Assembly: GCA_965248145.1 (NCBI GenBank)
Contig: OZ252091.1
Coordinates: 2,898,082-2,962,081, forward strand
From: Gammaproteobacteria bacterium
GTDB taxonomy: Bacteria; Pseudomonadota; Gammaproteobacteria; Eutrophobiales; Eutrophobiaceae
DNA length: 64,000 bases
Direction: 5' to 3'
Of the stretch, positions 9,432 to 20,057 are shown piece after piece; the stretch's first letter is position 1, and every line of letters starts with the position of its first letter. Both the position numbers and the translations under genes were made by a program. A model generated the notes under the pieces. The model saw nothing but the letters and a program-made list of their open reading frames with translations, was not told the origin of the DNA and made no database searches.

Positions 9432-10028
9432 TCAATACCCATTATTGCTTCTGCCGCTGTGTTGCAGCCACAGGGCTGCGTATTCGGCAAAACTGCGGCG
9501 GACGATGATGTCAAAAGTCGGCGTGTCATCGGTCAGGGCGATCAGCATGGATGTCTTTGCCAGGGTGGTTTGTGCGCATTGGCCGACTTTGAAGCTGCGC
9601 GGATGAAGATCCAGGGTACAGCCTTTAGCCAACACTTCCCGGGAATGATTGCCGCGCAGACGGATTAATATCTGGCCGCCGGTCACGTCAACCAGGGAGT
9701 GGTGTTGCCCTGCCAGGTTTATTCTCAGTTGTTCCGCTGTTTCTTTTTCTCTCCCAAGCCCGGTAGCCAGCAACCATTCATCGGGACCGAGCCAGAATAC
9801 CGTGTGTTCTCCGACCGTAAACGTATTGGCAGTGCTCGGCAAGGGCTGTCCCAGCGCTGTCTGTACTGCCTGCCGGAACTGTTCAGCGCCGGGGTCCCCG
9901 CGCAGGTTGAGGTAACCGTAATGGGGTCGTACTTCCAGTTGTACGCCGGGGTTATCCGGACCGGGCGCAACCGCTGCACTGAGGAAAGAAGTCAGCGCAT
10001 GCTGTCTTTGAAACGAATCAGACATTCT
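9432..10028 (-). CDS. soxG: sarcosine oxidase gamma subunit
   Basis: Last gene of the soxBDAG order. Start chosen at MSDSFQRQHALTSF, 5 nt after the soxA stop. Conserved SoxG C-terminus. Confidence 0.75.
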   Translation of the reverse strand, partial: RMSDSFQRQHALTSFLSAAVAPGPDNPGVQLEVRPHYGYLNLRGDPGAEQFRQAVQTALGQPLPSTANTFTVGEHTVFWLGPDEWLLATGLGREKETAEQLRINLAGQHHSLVDVTGGQILIRLRGNHSREVLAKGCTLDLHPRSFKVGQCAQTTLAKTSMLIALTDDTPTFDIIVRRSFAEYAALWLQHSGRSNNGY

Positions 10029-13000
10029 GTCGCTCTCCTTTCGGGTCGTAGAATACGGAGGAGACGATCCTGACCCTGACATATCGTCCGGAGCGTAACG
10101 CGGCATAGACGATCTCGCCTTTGCGGGCGCGCCCGGCGCTGACCAATGCCAGGGCTATGGGATGGCCCAGGCAGGCGCTGTGGTAACTGGAGGTAACGTA
10201 GCCCAGTTTATGGATTGGCGGGTCGCCACCTGGCTGCTCTACAAGTTGTGTACCTTCCGGCAAAGCGTCCGTTCCATCTTCGCATGAGAGGCCAACCAGT
10301 TGTTTACGGTCTGCCCGTTGACAGTCGGGGCGCGCCAAGGAGCGTTTGCCCAGGTAGTCCTTGTCTTTGGACAGGAGCCAGTGCATTCCCAGGTCCAGCG
10401 GTGATACGGAACCGTCGGTGTCCTGGCCGACGATGACAAAGCCTTTCTCAGCCCGCAGCACGTGCATGGTTTCGGTGCCGTAGGGAGTAATACCATACTG
10501 TTCACCGGCCTCCATCAAGGTCCGCCACAGGGCTGGGGCACAGTCGCTTTCCACGTTGATTTCAAAGGCCAGTTCGCCGCTGAAACTCACGCGGAATACC
10601 TGTACGGCAAACCCCGCCAGTGAGCCGGCGCGTACCGACATGAAGGGAAAGTCGGCCTGGTCGAAAGTCATATTGCTTTCCATGCTCCGCAACAACTTCC
10701 TGCTTTCCGGGCCGACCAGGGCAATGGTGGACCAGCGTTCCGTGACGGACGTCAGGTATACCTTTAAATCCAGCCATTCCGTTTGCAACCATTGTTCCAG
10801 CCAGCCCAGCACCCCGGCCGCGCCGCCGGTGGTGGTGGTAAGATAAAAATGCTGCTCGCCCAGGCGCGCCATGACCCCGTCATCCATGACCATGCCGTCT
10901 TCGCCCAACATGATACCATAGGCGCAACGTCCAACCTTCATCCCGGCGACGTTGTGGGAGTAGATACGTTCCAGGAAGGTGACCGCGTCCGGGCCTTGCA
11001 CCTCTATCTTGCCCAGGGTCGAGGCGTCCATGATTGCCAGCGACGCGCGGGCGGCGAAACACTCCCGGGCCACCGCCTCATGTAAATCTTCCCCTGCCCG
11101 GGGAAAATACCAGGGCCGCAACCATTGCCCCACTACCTCAAAGTCGGCCCCGGCCGCTTCATGCCAATCATGCAGCGCGGTTTTACGCACTGGTTCATAG
11201 AGTGTGCCCACGTCCGCGCCGGCGCCCGCGCCGAAAGTGACGGCTGTGTAGGGCGGCCTGAACGTGGTCGTGCCGACCTCGGCGATGGGTTTGTCCAGAC
11301 TCTCCGCCAACACTGCCATGCCGTTAATATTTCCCAGCTTGCCCTGGTCGGTGCCAAACCCCAGCGCGGTATAACGTTTGACGTGCTCTACGCTCTGAAA
11401 ACCCTCGCGCACGGCCAGGTACACGTCAGCTACGGTCGTATCATTCTGATAATCAATAAATTGTTTCGGGCAACGCCCCGGAGATTGCAACAAGGGAACC
11501 CGCCATAAAGGTTGCAACGATCTGGTCCCCCCGTCCACCTCCTGTTTAACTTCCGGCGTAGAAAACGGCGCCGACTCAAACCCGCACCATTGCGCCGCGC
11601 TCAATCCCGCCTGCTTCCCCTCCTCCAGACAAGCATCAAGGGAAAAAGACCCGTTACCCGCCCCTGCTGAGACATTATCCTGTCGAGACTCGCCGGGGAC
11701 AAAACAACTGCGGGCTTCATCCCAGATAATCCTGCCCCCTGCCTGCGAATGCAGGTGGACGGCCGGATTCCACCCGCCGGACATGGCGACCAGGTCGCAA
11801 TCAAGCGTTTTCGAGCCCCCCGTCAAGGCTTTGCCGTCCGCCGACAGCGGCGTAACCTGTACGGAACGCACCTTCTTTCTGCCCGTCACGTTGGTGATGA
11901 CGCGCCCCCGGAAGATGTCAACACCGGCCTGGCGCAGGGGTTCGGCAATGGCGCCGGCGCCCCCGGCGCGACAATCAATGATCGCGGCGACGGTCGCCCC
12001 TGCCGACGCCAGGTCCAGGGCTGCCTGATACCCTCCGTCGTTATTGGTAAAGATCACGCCGCGCCGACCGGGACACACCCCATAGCGATGAATATAGCCG
12101 GATACCGCCGAGGCCAGCATTACCCCCGGACGATCATTATTTGGAAATACCAGGGGCCGCTCAATGCTCCCCTGAGCAAGGATGACCCGTTTGGCCCGCA
12201 CCCGCCATAAGCGTTGTCGCACCTCTCCCGCGGGTTGTTCGCCCAGGTGGTCGCGGCGCCGTTCCAGGATAGTGAGAAAATTGTAATCGTAATAACCGAA
12301 CACCGTGCTGCGGGACAGCAGGATCGCTTCGGGACAACGCGCCAACTCCGCCAGCACCTTGCTTAACCATTCATCGGCGGAGTTGCCGTTCAGCCTGACC
12401 GTGTCATACAACAGGCTGCCGCCGAATTCGCTTTGTTCATCCGCAATGATCACCCTGGCGCCGGATTTGGCCGCCGCCAACGCCGCCATCAGTCCCGTCG
12501 GTCCGGCCCCGACCACCAGTACGTCACAATGGGCGTTGTAATGCTCATAACGACCCGGATCCGCCAGTTGTGGCGAGACACCCAGACCGGAGGCGCGACG
12601 GAGCCAGTGCTCATACCAGCGCCACAGGAACCGGGGCGCCATAAAGGTCTTGTAGTAAAACCCCGCGCCCAGTAACCGATGCCAGAAATCATTTACCGCC
12701 AGCAGGTCAAAATCGAGACCGGGCCAGCCCGTTGTCGTGGTTGCAACAAGGCCCTCATATAACTCCACTTCGGTGGCGCGCAGCCCGGGTATGGTGGTAG
12801 CGCCCGTACCCACCTGGACAATGGCGTTGGGCTCTTCTGCGCCGATACCCGCGAGGCCCCGCGGGCGATGGTACTTGAAACTGCGGCCGATCATGCGTAT
12901 CCCGTTTGCCAGTAATGCAGAGGCCAGGGTGTCTCCGGTATAGCCTTGACAGGTTCGGCCGTTAAACCGGAACGTCAGTGGTTGTGACCGGTCGATACGG

Positions 13001-13029
13001 CCGCCTTCGGTAAGACGATCAGGTTGCAT
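10018..13029 (-). CDS. soxA: sarcosine oxidase alpha subunit
   Basis: 1003 aa. N-terminal 2Fe-2S-like FRFNGRTCQGYTGDTLASALLANG, an FAD/NAD Rossmann motif, and a C-terminal GcvT-like folate-binding domain. Confidence 0.9.
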   Translation of the reverse strand: MQPDRLTEGGRIDRSQPLTFRFNGRTCQGYTGDTLASALLANGIRMIGRSFKYHRPRGLAGIGAEEPNAIVQVGTGATTIPGLRATEVELYEGLVATTTTGWPGLDFDLLAVNDFWHRLLGAGFYYKTFMAPRFLWRWYEHWLRRASGLGVSPQLADPGRYEHYNAHCDVLVVGAGPTGLMAALAAAKSGARVIIADEQSEFGGSLLYDTVRLNGNSADEWLSKVLAELARCPEAILLSRSTVFGYYDYNFLTILERRRDHLGEQPAGEVRQRLWRVRAKRVILAQGSIERPLVFPNNDRPGVMLASAVSGYIHRYGVCPGRRGVIFTNNDGGYQAALDLASAGATVAAIIDCRAGGAGAIAEPLRQAGVDIFRGRVITNVTGRKKVRSVQVTPLSADGKALTGGSKTLDCDLVAMSGGWNPAVHLHSQAGGRIIWDEARSCFVPGESRQDNVSAGAGNGSFSLDACLEEGKQAGLSAAQWCGFESAPFSTPEVKQEVDGGTRSLQPLWRVPLLQSPGRCPKQFIDYQNDTTVADVYLAVREGFQSVEHVKRYTALGFGTDQGKLGNINGMAVLAESLDKPIAEVGTTTFRPPYTAVTFGAGAGADVGTLYEPVRKTALHDWHEAAGADFEVVGQWLRPWYFPRAGEDLHEAVARECFAARASLAIMDASTLGKIEVQGPDAVTFLERIYSHNVAGMKVGRCAYGIMLGEDGMVMDDGVMARLGEQHFYLTTTTGGAAGVLGWLEQWLQTEWLDLKVYLTSVTERWSTIALVGPESRKLLRSMESNMTFDQADFPFMSVRAGSLAGFAVQVFRVSFSGELAFEINVESDCAPALWRTLMEAGEQYGITPYGTETMHVLRAEKGFVIVGQDTDGSVSPLDLGMHWLLSKDKDYLGKRSLARPDCQRADRKQLVGLSCEDGTDALPEGTQLVEQPGGDPPIHKLGYVTSSYHSACLGHPIALALVSAGRARKGEIVYAALRSGRYVRVRIVSSVFYDPKGERQNV

Positions 13030-13270
13030 AATCCGTAAATCGGTAAGTCACGGTATCCCTTTCCAGCACAAACCAGCGGCGACAACCCTGGGCATGCACC
13101 CATTGCTCCTTGTGCAGTCCCTTGGAGTTTTTGCGCATGAATAGATAATCCGCCCATTGTTCATCTGTCAGCGTATCCGGCGCGGCCGGCCGGACAATAT
13201 CGGCTTCACCACCGTAACTGAATTCGCTTTCGTCACGTTCACCGCACCAGGGACATTTTATGAGCAGCAT
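13019..13270 (-). CDS. soxD: sarcosine oxidase delta subunit
   Basis: MLLIKCPWCGERDESEFSYGGEA... matches SoxD. Confidence 0.85.
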   Translation of the reverse strand: MLLIKCPWCGERDESEFSYGGEADIVRPAAPDTLTDEQWADYLFMRKNSKGLHKEQWVHAQGCRRWFVLERDTVTYRFTDYAT

Positions 13271-13348
13271 GTTCCGTCTCTCTGTGTTACCAGGCTAAGG
13301 GGACAGGTTGGGGGGGGTACTGTCTGTGTGTTGTGGACATTGTTCCGG

Positions 13349-14605
13349 TTAATGGGCTACCGCGGCGGCGCCGTGTTCGTCTATGAGCGCGCCCGTGGTA
13401 AAGCGTTCCAGTCCGAACGGGGCATTCAACTCATGGGGCTGGTCCCGGGCAATAGTGTGGGCAAAAGCCCAGCCGGAGCCGGGAGTGGCCTTGAATCCGC
13501 CGGTGCCCCAGCCGCAGTTGAAATAGAGACCCTGTAAAGGGGTCTTGCCGACAATCGGGCAGGCGTCAGGCGAGACATCAACGATACCGCCCCATTGACG
13601 CAACATGCGCACCCGGCTGAACGGGGGGAACAGTTCGATGATGGCCTGCATGGCATGTTCAATGGTCTGGAAACTGCCGCGCTGGCCGTAACCGGTATAG
13701 GCGTCGATGCCGGCGCCGATGACCAGTTCGCCCTTGTCCGACTGGCTGATATAACCGTGTACGGCGCCGGACATGACGACGGTATCCAGTACCGGTTTCA
13801 GCGGTTCCGATACGAATGCCTGCAACGGGTGGCTTTCCAGCGGCAGGCGCAACCCAGCCATCTCCGCCAGGACGCTGGCATGGCCGGCGACAACGACGCC
13901 GATCCGGTTTGCTTCAATACGTCCGCGGCTGGTCTCTACGCCGGTGACCCTGTCGCCATCCCGGTTCAGACCGGTTACTTCGCACTGTTGAATGATGTCG
14001 ACGCCCAGGGCATCGGCGGCCCGGGCAAATCCCCAGGCTACCGCGTCGTGACGGGCGACGCCGCCCCGACGCTGCAACGAAGCGCCCAGGATCGGATAAC
14101 GCACTTGGGGCGAGACGTTGATCATGGGGATGGCGGCCTTGATTTGTGCGGGCGTTACCATCTCGGCATCGATACCGTCCAGACGATTGGCGTTGACCCG
14201 CCGTTCGATATCGCGCAAATCCTGTAAGCTGTGACCCAGGTTGTAGACACCGCGCTGACTGAACATGACGTTATAATTCAGGTCCCGGCTCAACCCCTCC
14301 CACAGCTTCAGCGATTTCTCATAGAACAGCGCGGCTTCCGTCCACAGGTAGTTGGAACGCACGAGGGTGGTATTACGTCCCGTATTGCCGCCGCCAATCC
14401 AGCCTTTCTCCAACACGGCGACGTTACGGATTCCGTGTTCTTTTGCCAGGTAGTAGGCGGTTGCCAGACCGTGGCCGCCGCCGCCAATGATCAGCGCGTC
14501 GTATTTTTTCCGGGGCGCGGGACTGCGCCAGGCTTGTTGCCAGTTTTCATTATAAGAGACGGCATTGCGCAACAGGGCGAAGATGGAATATTTCTGCCTG
14601 TTCAT
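13349..14605 (-). CDS. soxB: sarcosine oxidase beta subunit (FAD)
   Basis: 418 aa. GxGxxG motif [16 protein letters not shown]. Sits in the sox operon order. Confidence 0.9.
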   Translation of the reverse strand: MNRQKYSIFALLRNAVSYNENWQQAWRSPAPRKKYDALIIGGGGHGLATAYYLAKEHGIRNVAVLEKGWIGGGNTGRNTTLVRSNYLWTEAALFYEKSLKLWEGLSRDLNYNVMFSQRGVYNLGHSLQDLRDIERRVNANRLDGIDAEMVTPAQIKAAIPMINVSPQVRYPILGASLQRRGGVARHDAVAWGFARAADALGVDIIQQCEVTGLNRDGDRVTGVETSRGRIEANRIGVVVAGHASVLAEMAGLRLPLESHPLQAFVSEPLKPVLDTVVMSGAVHGYISQSDKGELVIGAGIDAYTGYGQRGSFQTIEHAMQAIIELFPPFSRVRMLRQWGGIVDVSPDACPIVGKTPLQGLYFNCGWGTGGFKATPGSGWAFAHTIARDQPHELNAPFGLERFTTGALIDEHGAAAVAH

Positions 14606-14637
14606 TTTAGTCCGGATATCTCACCAAAGGATGCGGG

Positions 14638-16014
14638 CTAACACTCGATCACGTTGACGGCCAAGCCGCCGCGGGCCGTTTCCTTATACTTGCTTTTCAT
14701 GTCGCGGCCGGTATCCCGCATGGTTTTAATCACCTTGTCCAGTGAAACATAATGCTGACCATCCGCCAACAGCGCCATGCGCGCGGCATTGATCGCCTTG
14801 ACCGAAGCGATGGCATTGCGTTCGATACAGGGGATCTGCACCAGTCCTCCGACGGGGTCGCAGGTCAGGCCCAGGTTGTGTTCCATGGCGATCTCCGCGG
14901 CCTGTTCGACCTGCGCCGGCGTACCGCCCAACACCTCGGCCAGGGCGCCGGCCGCCATTGAGCAGGCCGAACCCACTTCACCCTGGCAACCAACCTCGGC
15001 GCCGGAGATGGACGCGTTGAGTTTGTAGAGTATACCAATCGCTGCCGCGGTCAGCAGGAACCTTACGACCCCGTCGTCATCGGCGCCATCGTAAAAGCGA
15101 TAATAATAGTGCAGTACCGCGGGGAGTATGCCGGCGGCGCCGTTGGTGGGCGCGGTGACTACCCTCCCCCCTGCGGCGTTTTCTTCATTGACGGCCAGGG
15201 CATAGAGATTCACCCAGTCCATCGCCTCGAACGCGTCCGGGACATCATCCTGTCTTTGCACGAGTTTTTCCTTCAATGCAGCGGCCCGGCGTCTGACCTT
15301 CAAACCGCCCGGCAGGATGCCGCCGGTCCGGCAACCACGGGCGACGCAATCCTGCATGGCCTGCCATATATTGAGCAATCCGGCCAGGATATCCTGTTCT
15401 GTCCGCAAGCACTTTTCGTTTTCCAGCATCAAGGCGCTGATACTCATGTTATGTGTGTCACATAATTCGAGTAACTCCCTTGCCGTGCGAAAGGGATAGG
15501 GAAGCGAAACGGAAGCGTCTTCCTCCAACGCAAGTTCGCCTTGATCGTTTGTGTCGATGACAAAGCCGCCACCGACCGAGTAATAGGTCTTCTCGACCAG
15601 CGTCTCTCCCCGTTCATCCAGCGCGCGGAAACGCATACCATTTACGTGCAAGGGCAGGCGTTCTTTTTTGTGAAAGATGAGGGCCTTGTCCACGTCGAAC
15701 TTGACGGGCTGGCGTTGCAACAGGTCGAGACGCCGGGATGCGCGCACCCGCTCAACCTTGTCGTCCACCTCGTCAGGGTCAGTTGTTTCCGGTGTTTCAC
15801 CCAGCAATCCGAGAATCACGGCCTTATCGCTGCCGTGGCCCCTGCCGGTGGCGCCCAGGGAACCATACAACCCCACGCTGAGCGCGTCCACGCGCGTTAA
15901 CAGCTTCCCTGCTTCCAGGCGCCGCGCGAACAACAAAGCCGCGCGCATGGGGCCGACCGTATGGGAGCTGGAAGGCCCTATCCCGATAGAAAACATGTCG
16001 AATACACTAATCAA
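14638..16014 (-). CDS. sdaA: L-serine ammonia-lyase (4Fe-4S L-serine dehydratase)
   Basis: [23 protein letters not shown] is the canonical SdaA N-terminus. 458 aa. Confidence 0.9.
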   Translation of the reverse strand: MISVFDMFSIGIGPSSSHTVGPMRAALLFARRLEAGKLLTRVDALSVGLYGSLGATGRGHGSDKAVILGLLGETPETTDPDEVDDKVERVRASRRLDLLQRQPVKFDVDKALIFHKKERLPLHVNGMRFRALDERGETLVEKTYYSVGGGFVIDTNDQGELALEEDASVSLPYPFRTARELLELCDTHNMSISALMLENEKCLRTEQDILAGLLNIWQAMQDCVARGCRTGGILPGGLKVRRRAAALKEKLVQRQDDVPDAFEAMDWVNLYALAVNEENAAGGRVVTAPTNGAAGILPAVLHYYYRFYDGADDDGVVRFLLTAAAIGILYKLNASISGAEVGCQGEVGSACSMAAGALAEVLGGTPAQVEQAAEIAMEHNLGLTCDPVGGLVQIPCIERNAIASVKAINAARMALLADGQHYVSLDKVIKTMRDTGRDMKSKYKETARGGLAVNVIEC

Positions 16015-16036
16015 AAAACAATCTCAGCCGTTACTT

Positions 16037-16144
16037 CCGTCATACTGGCGAATGCCAGTATCCAGTAGAATAACGAATGGTTGATTAAACGACTCAGCTG
16101 AGTTCGTCGAAATCTGGATACTGGCATTCGCCAGTATGACGGCC
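16037..16144. repeat. Inverted pair of 32-nt CCGTCAT-hairpin-ATCCAGT units, separated by a 44-nt spacer that itself contains a palindrome
   Basis: ccgtcatactggcgaatgccagtatccagtag at 16037-16068 has an exact reverse-complement partner at 16111-16144. Confidence 0.8.
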
Positions 16145-16179
16145 GTGGAACTCCTGCGTGCTCTCCGTGGTTAAGAATT

Positions 16180-16614
16180 TTAACGGGCATCGGACATATC
16201 GGTATGTTGTTCGTCCTGCCGACGTTGTGGTAAACCATCGTCCAGATCATAGTAATCGGCCTTGTGCTGCACGAAAATATGTTCCACCGCCTCAATTCCA
16301 GTGGACTGATCTAATGTGCCCGCCATAATGGACACATGGTTATCCGATTCAGGTGACCAGAACAGACTTGCTCCACAATGCCTGCAAAAACCCCGTCTGG
16401 CGGACGCTGACGACTGATACCAACTCAAGCCCTGGTCCGAAATCAGTACCAGATTTTCCTTCACGGTTGCAGTGGCGGCGACAAAATGTCCACTCGTCCT
16501 TCGGCACTGGGTGCAATGGCAATATACAACAGGTCGGAGCGAACCTAAGACCTTGTATTTCACCGCGCCGCAAAGACAACCGCCAGTGGCGCGCACGGGC
16601 CTATTTGTTTGCAT
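16180..16614 (-). CDS. GFA-family (glutathione-dependent formaldehyde-activating / CENP-V-like) Zn protein
   Basis: GGCLCGAVKY...CHCTQCRR...CRHCGASLF is the GFA cysteine pattern. It fits a formaldehyde-producing demethylation cluster. Confidence 0.7.
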   Translation of the reverse strand: MQTNRPVRATGGCLCGAVKYKVLGSLRPVVYCHCTQCRRTSGHFVAATATVKENLVLISDQGLSWYQSSASARRGFCRHCGASLFWSPESDNHVSIMAGTLDQSTGIEAVEHIFVQHKADYYDLDDGLPQRRQDEQHTDMSDAR

Positions 16615-19057
16615 TATTCATATCCCGCAGGCGTTCGTTGTCGGGGTCGAACGGACTTTCCGGTATCACGACGGCCCGGTAGTTCCTGTTGAGGATGTCG
16701 ATTTCCATCTCAGTGCCTGTTGCGGCGTATTCCGGTTTAACCATCCCCAGCGCCAGGGATTTACCCACCCTGAAGCCAAAACCGCCACCGGTGGCGCGCC
16801 CGATTAACTCACCGTCTCTGGTCAACGCATTATTTCCCAGCGCATCGGCATCGTCGGTGTCCAGGACTTCCAGGGTGACGAGCACGTGGTTGAGACCTTG
16901 TTCCCTGCCGGCCAGCAGTTCTTCTCTGCCAAGAAACTCGCCCTTGTCGGGATGGACAAACCGGTCCATTCGCGATTCATAAGCGGAGTATTCGATGGAT
17001 AATTCGGTACCCACCATGCGATAGGACTTTTCCAGTCGCAGGGAGTCCATTGCCCGAATGCCGAAGGGTCTCAAACCCAAATCATCACCGGCTTCAAACA
17101 AAGCGTCGAACAACGCGTTTTGTCGGTGGATGGGATGGTGCAACTCCCAGCCCATCTCACCCACGTAATTGACTCGCATGGCATTTACCGCTATCCCCGC
17201 TATGTCAACCTGCCGGGCAGCCAGGAAGGGAAACGCCTCATTGGAAAAATCATCATTGGATACGCGTTGCAGTAATTGACGGGAACGAGGACCGGCAACA
17301 ACGAATACGCCCATGCTGTCGGTCAGGTGTTCGTAACGCACTGAGCCGTCGGTGGGCATAGACTTACAGAGGTAATCGTGGTCCAGCCTTTGCCATGCGG
17401 CAGCCGATACCAGGTAGAATGAATCTGCCGACTCACGGGTGATGGTAAATTCCGAATGTACGCCCCCCCGTTGGTTCAACGAGTGACAAAGGTAGATCCG
17501 TCCAGTCTTCCCAGGCAGCCGGTTGGCGACCATGTAGTCCAGAAACGCTTCGGCGCCCGGGCCGGATATACGGCACTTGGCAAATGGCGTCATGTCCAGC
17601 AACCCTACCCTGCGGTTGATGTGCAGTGCTTCTTTTTTAATGGCCTCAAACCAGCGCGAGCGGCGAAACGACCAGTGATCTTCCTGCGCCATCCCATCCG
17701 TGGCGAACCAGTTGGCCCGTTCCCAACCGAATTTCTGGCCAAATACGGCCCCCATTTCCAGTAATCGCCCATAGCAGGGCGCGGTTTTCAAAGGGCGGGC
17801 GGCGGGGCGTTCCTCGTCGGGATAATGAATGATGAACACGTGGGCATAGGCTTCTTCATTCTTTTTGATTAAATAATCCTTGTTGGCGTAATCGCCGAAA
17901 CGCCGCGGCTCCACCCCCAGCATATCGATGGTTGGTTCGCCCTCAACGATCCATTCCGCCAGTTGCCGGCCGGCGCCGCCGGCGGCGGTAATACCGAAAC
18001 TGTGACCTTCGTTGAGCCAGAAGTTTCTCAGGCCCCAGGCGGGGCCGACGATGGGATTGCCGTCCGGGGTATAGGCGATGGCGCCGTTGTACACCTGTTT
18101 AATGCCGCACTCGGCAAAGGCCGGGACCCGATTCATGGCCGCTTCGATATGGGGTTCCAACCGGTCAATGTCTTCCTGGAACAATTCATACTCGGCGGTC
18201 TCGGTAGGGCCGTCAACGTAACAGCAGGGCGCGCCTTTTTCGTAGGGGCCCAGGATAAAGCCCTGGTTTTCTTCGCGCAGGTACCAGGAACCGTCGGATT
18301 CACGCAAAACGGCCATTTCAGGCAGGCCCTGCCCGGCCCGCGCAACCAGGTCGGGATGAGATTCCGTAACGATGTATTGATGTTCAACCGGCATCACCGG
18401 GATTTCCAGGCCGACCATGGCCCCGGTCCGGCGGGCATAATTGCCGGTCGCAGAGACAACGTGTTCACAGGTGATATCGCCCTTGGCGGTCTTGACCCGC
18501 CACTCACCCGTAACGGTACGTTCAATGCCTTCCACCCTGGTATGACGATAAATTTCCGCGCCCCGCGCACGGGCGCCTTTTGCCAGGGCCTGGGTCAGGT
18601 CAGCCGGTTGAATATAGCCGTCGTCGGGGTGATACAGCGCACCGACCAGTCCGTCCGTATTGCACAGGGGCCAAATCTCCCGTACCTGGCCCGGTGTCAG
18701 AAATTCAATGTTGACGCCGATGGTGCGGGCGGTGGCCGCGTATTGATAATACTCATCCATACGCTCCCTGTTCATGGCAAGACGCAGGTTGCCGACCTGT
18801 TTAAACCCCACCGCTTGTCCTGTTTCGGCCTCCAGTTCCTGGTAAAGGTTCACCGAGTATTTATGGATCTGGCCGACGCTGTAGCTCATGTTGAACAGGG
18901 GCAGCAGGCCGGCCGCATGCCAGGTGGAGCCGGAGGTCAGCTCCGCTTTTTCCACCAGCACGACGTCTTCTCCCCAGCCTTTCCCGGCCAGGTGATACAG
19001 CGTGCTGACACCGACAACGCCGCCACCGATAACCACTACCCGGGCGTGTGTTTTCAT
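16601..19057 (-). CDS. dimethylglycine dehydrogenase-like FAD oxidoreductase fused to a GcvT-type folate-binding domain
   Basis: 818 aa. N-terminal VVVIGGGVVGVSTLYHLA (DAO domain) plus a C-terminal aminomethyltransferase fold. Adjacent to the sox genes. Confidence 0.85.
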   Translation of the reverse strand: MKTHARVVVIGGGVVGVSTLYHLAGKGWGEDVVLVEKAELTSGSTWHAAGLLPLFNMSYSVGQIHKYSVNLYQELEAETGQAVGFKQVGNLRLAMNRERMDEYYQYAATARTIGVNIEFLTPGQVREIWPLCNTDGLVGALYHPDDGYIQPADLTQALAKGARARGAEIYRHTRVEGIERTVTGEWRVKTAKGDITCEHVVSATGNYARRTGAMVGLEIPVMPVEHQYIVTESHPDLVARAGQGLPEMAVLRESDGSWYLREENQGFILGPYEKGAPCCYVDGPTETAEYELFQEDIDRLEPHIEAAMNRVPAFAECGIKQVYNGAIAYTPDGNPIVGPAWGLRNFWLNEGHSFGITAAGGAGRQLAEWIVEGEPTIDMLGVEPRRFGDYANKDYLIKKNEEAYAHVFIIHYPDEERPAARPLKTAPCYGRLLEMGAVFGQKFGWERANWFATDGMAQEDHWSFRRSRWFEAIKKEALHINRRVGLLDMTPFAKCRISGPGAEAFLDYMVANRLPGKTGRIYLCHSLNQRGGVHSEFTITRESADSFYLVSAAAWQRLDHDYLCKSMPTDGSVRYEHLTDSMGVFVVAGPRSRQLLQRVSNDDFSNEAFPFLAARQVDIAGIAVNAMRVNYVGEMGWELHHPIHRQNALFDALFEAGDDLGLRPFGIRAMDSLRLEKSYRMVGTELSIEYSAYESRMDRFVHPDKGEFLGREELLAGREQGLNHVLVTLEVLDTDDADALGNNALTRDGELIGRATGGGFGFRVGKSLALGMVKPEYAATGTEMEIDILNRNYRAVVIPESPFDPDNERLRDMNNANK

Positions 19058-19189
19058 GTATTTTTTGTTCCTGATGGGAAATAACGAATAAGCGCGTATA
19101 TTATGCGGCGGCGCTTACAGGTGATTATCCCAGGAACGACCGGGATTAGTCAAAATACGTCATTGAGGAAGAAAGGGAATGAGGAATTG

Positions 19190-19276
19190 ATATTTGGGGT
19201 CAGAGTAAAAATACTCAACAATAAACAAGTACTACCTGTCAGGTTGCCTGTATTTTTACTCTGACCCCAAATATCG
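19190..19276. repeat. Family-A palindromic element: perfect ~25-bp terminal inverted repeats (atatttggggtcagagtaaaaatac) flanking a ~36-nt unique core
   Basis: Seen directly in the sequence. Copies at 19190, 19957 and 47307. Confidence 0.8.
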
Positions 19277-19367
19277 TGTAGGCAGGAATAGCAACGGAGG
19301 CAACCCCGCCACCCCGGGCTTGACCCGGGGTCCAGTCAATAATGTGTCGCCGAAGGCGACTCTTTGT

Positions 19368-19423
19368 CTACTGGATTCCCGTTTTCACGGGAATGGCAGA
19401 AGAGGCCTGCGCGGGAATGACGG
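19368..19423. repeat. Family-B hairpin unit (reverse orientation) with a partial duplication
   Basis: ctactggattcccgttttcacgggaatg followed by cctgcgcgggaatgacgg. The reverse complement contains cgtcattcccgcgcagg, which is identical to the intragenic copy at 59633. Confidence 0.6.
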
Positions 19424-19439
19424 GGAAATAGATATGGCC

Positions 19440-19901
19440 TCAGCCTTTTGCTGCCTGTGCTGCTTCCCAGGCTTCCTGGACGGACTGCCATGTCACCAGG
19501 GCAACGGTATTGCCATCATCGTCGACAAAGTTCAGTGGCCCAAGAAACGTCATGTAAAACTCACTGTCTTCAAGAAAGTTTGTCAAACCATGAAAGGCCT
19601 GGCAAGCCTCGTAACCGTATGCGGGAGCTTTTACGCTCACGCCGCCATCTTCTTCACCGCCCCTGACTTCCATGTGGCCTTTCGTCAGAAAGTATTCTCC
19701 CGGGCCGATATGAACATGGCTCGCAAAAGACGATCCTTTCGGGCAATCGTATAGGGCGGCCCAGGATCCCAGTTCGGGCGCCACGTTCAGCAATTTCCAG
19801 CGTATGCCGCCCTGGCTGAGCGGCCCAGGAAAGTCTACCCAGTCGACTTCATCAATTTGTACCGAACGACCGGGCACCGGGTTATATTTTTGTGGATTCA
19901 T
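19440..19901 (-). CDS. cupin-domain protein (ChrR-like / dihydroxyacetophenone-dioxygenase-like family)
   Basis: 153 aa. Paralog of 20701..21159, with a conserved WxxxYxCPKGSSFASHVHIGPGEYFLTKG cupin core. Confidence 0.55.
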   Translation of the reverse strand: MNPQKYNPVPGRSVQIDEVDWVDFPGPLSQGGIRWKLLNVAPELGSWAALYDCPKGSSFASHVHIGPGEYFLTKGHMEVRGGEEDGGVSVKAPAYGYEACQAFHGLTNFLEDSEFYMTFLGPLNFVDDDGNTVALVTWQSVQEAWEAAQAAKG

Positions 19902-19956
19902 ACTATTGCCTCCTCATTAGTTCAGGTTTTTTACTACTGTATTATGTATTGAAGAT

Positions 19957-20046
19957 CGATACTTGGGGTCAGAGTAAAAATACGGCCAATCCGCTAGATT
20001 GTGTTGCTGTACTATCAAGTATTTTTACTCTGACCCCGAATATCAG
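19957..20046. repeat. Family-A palindromic element, copy 2
   Basis: Same 25-bp terminal inverted repeats with a different core. Confidence 0.8.
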
Positions 20047-20057
20047 GTTTTTTAATT

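Noticed and set aside
17963-19084. 373-aa plus-strand ORF
   Set aside because: It is entirely antisense to the well-supported DMG dehydrogenase gene. Such ORFs are a typical high-GC antisense artefact.
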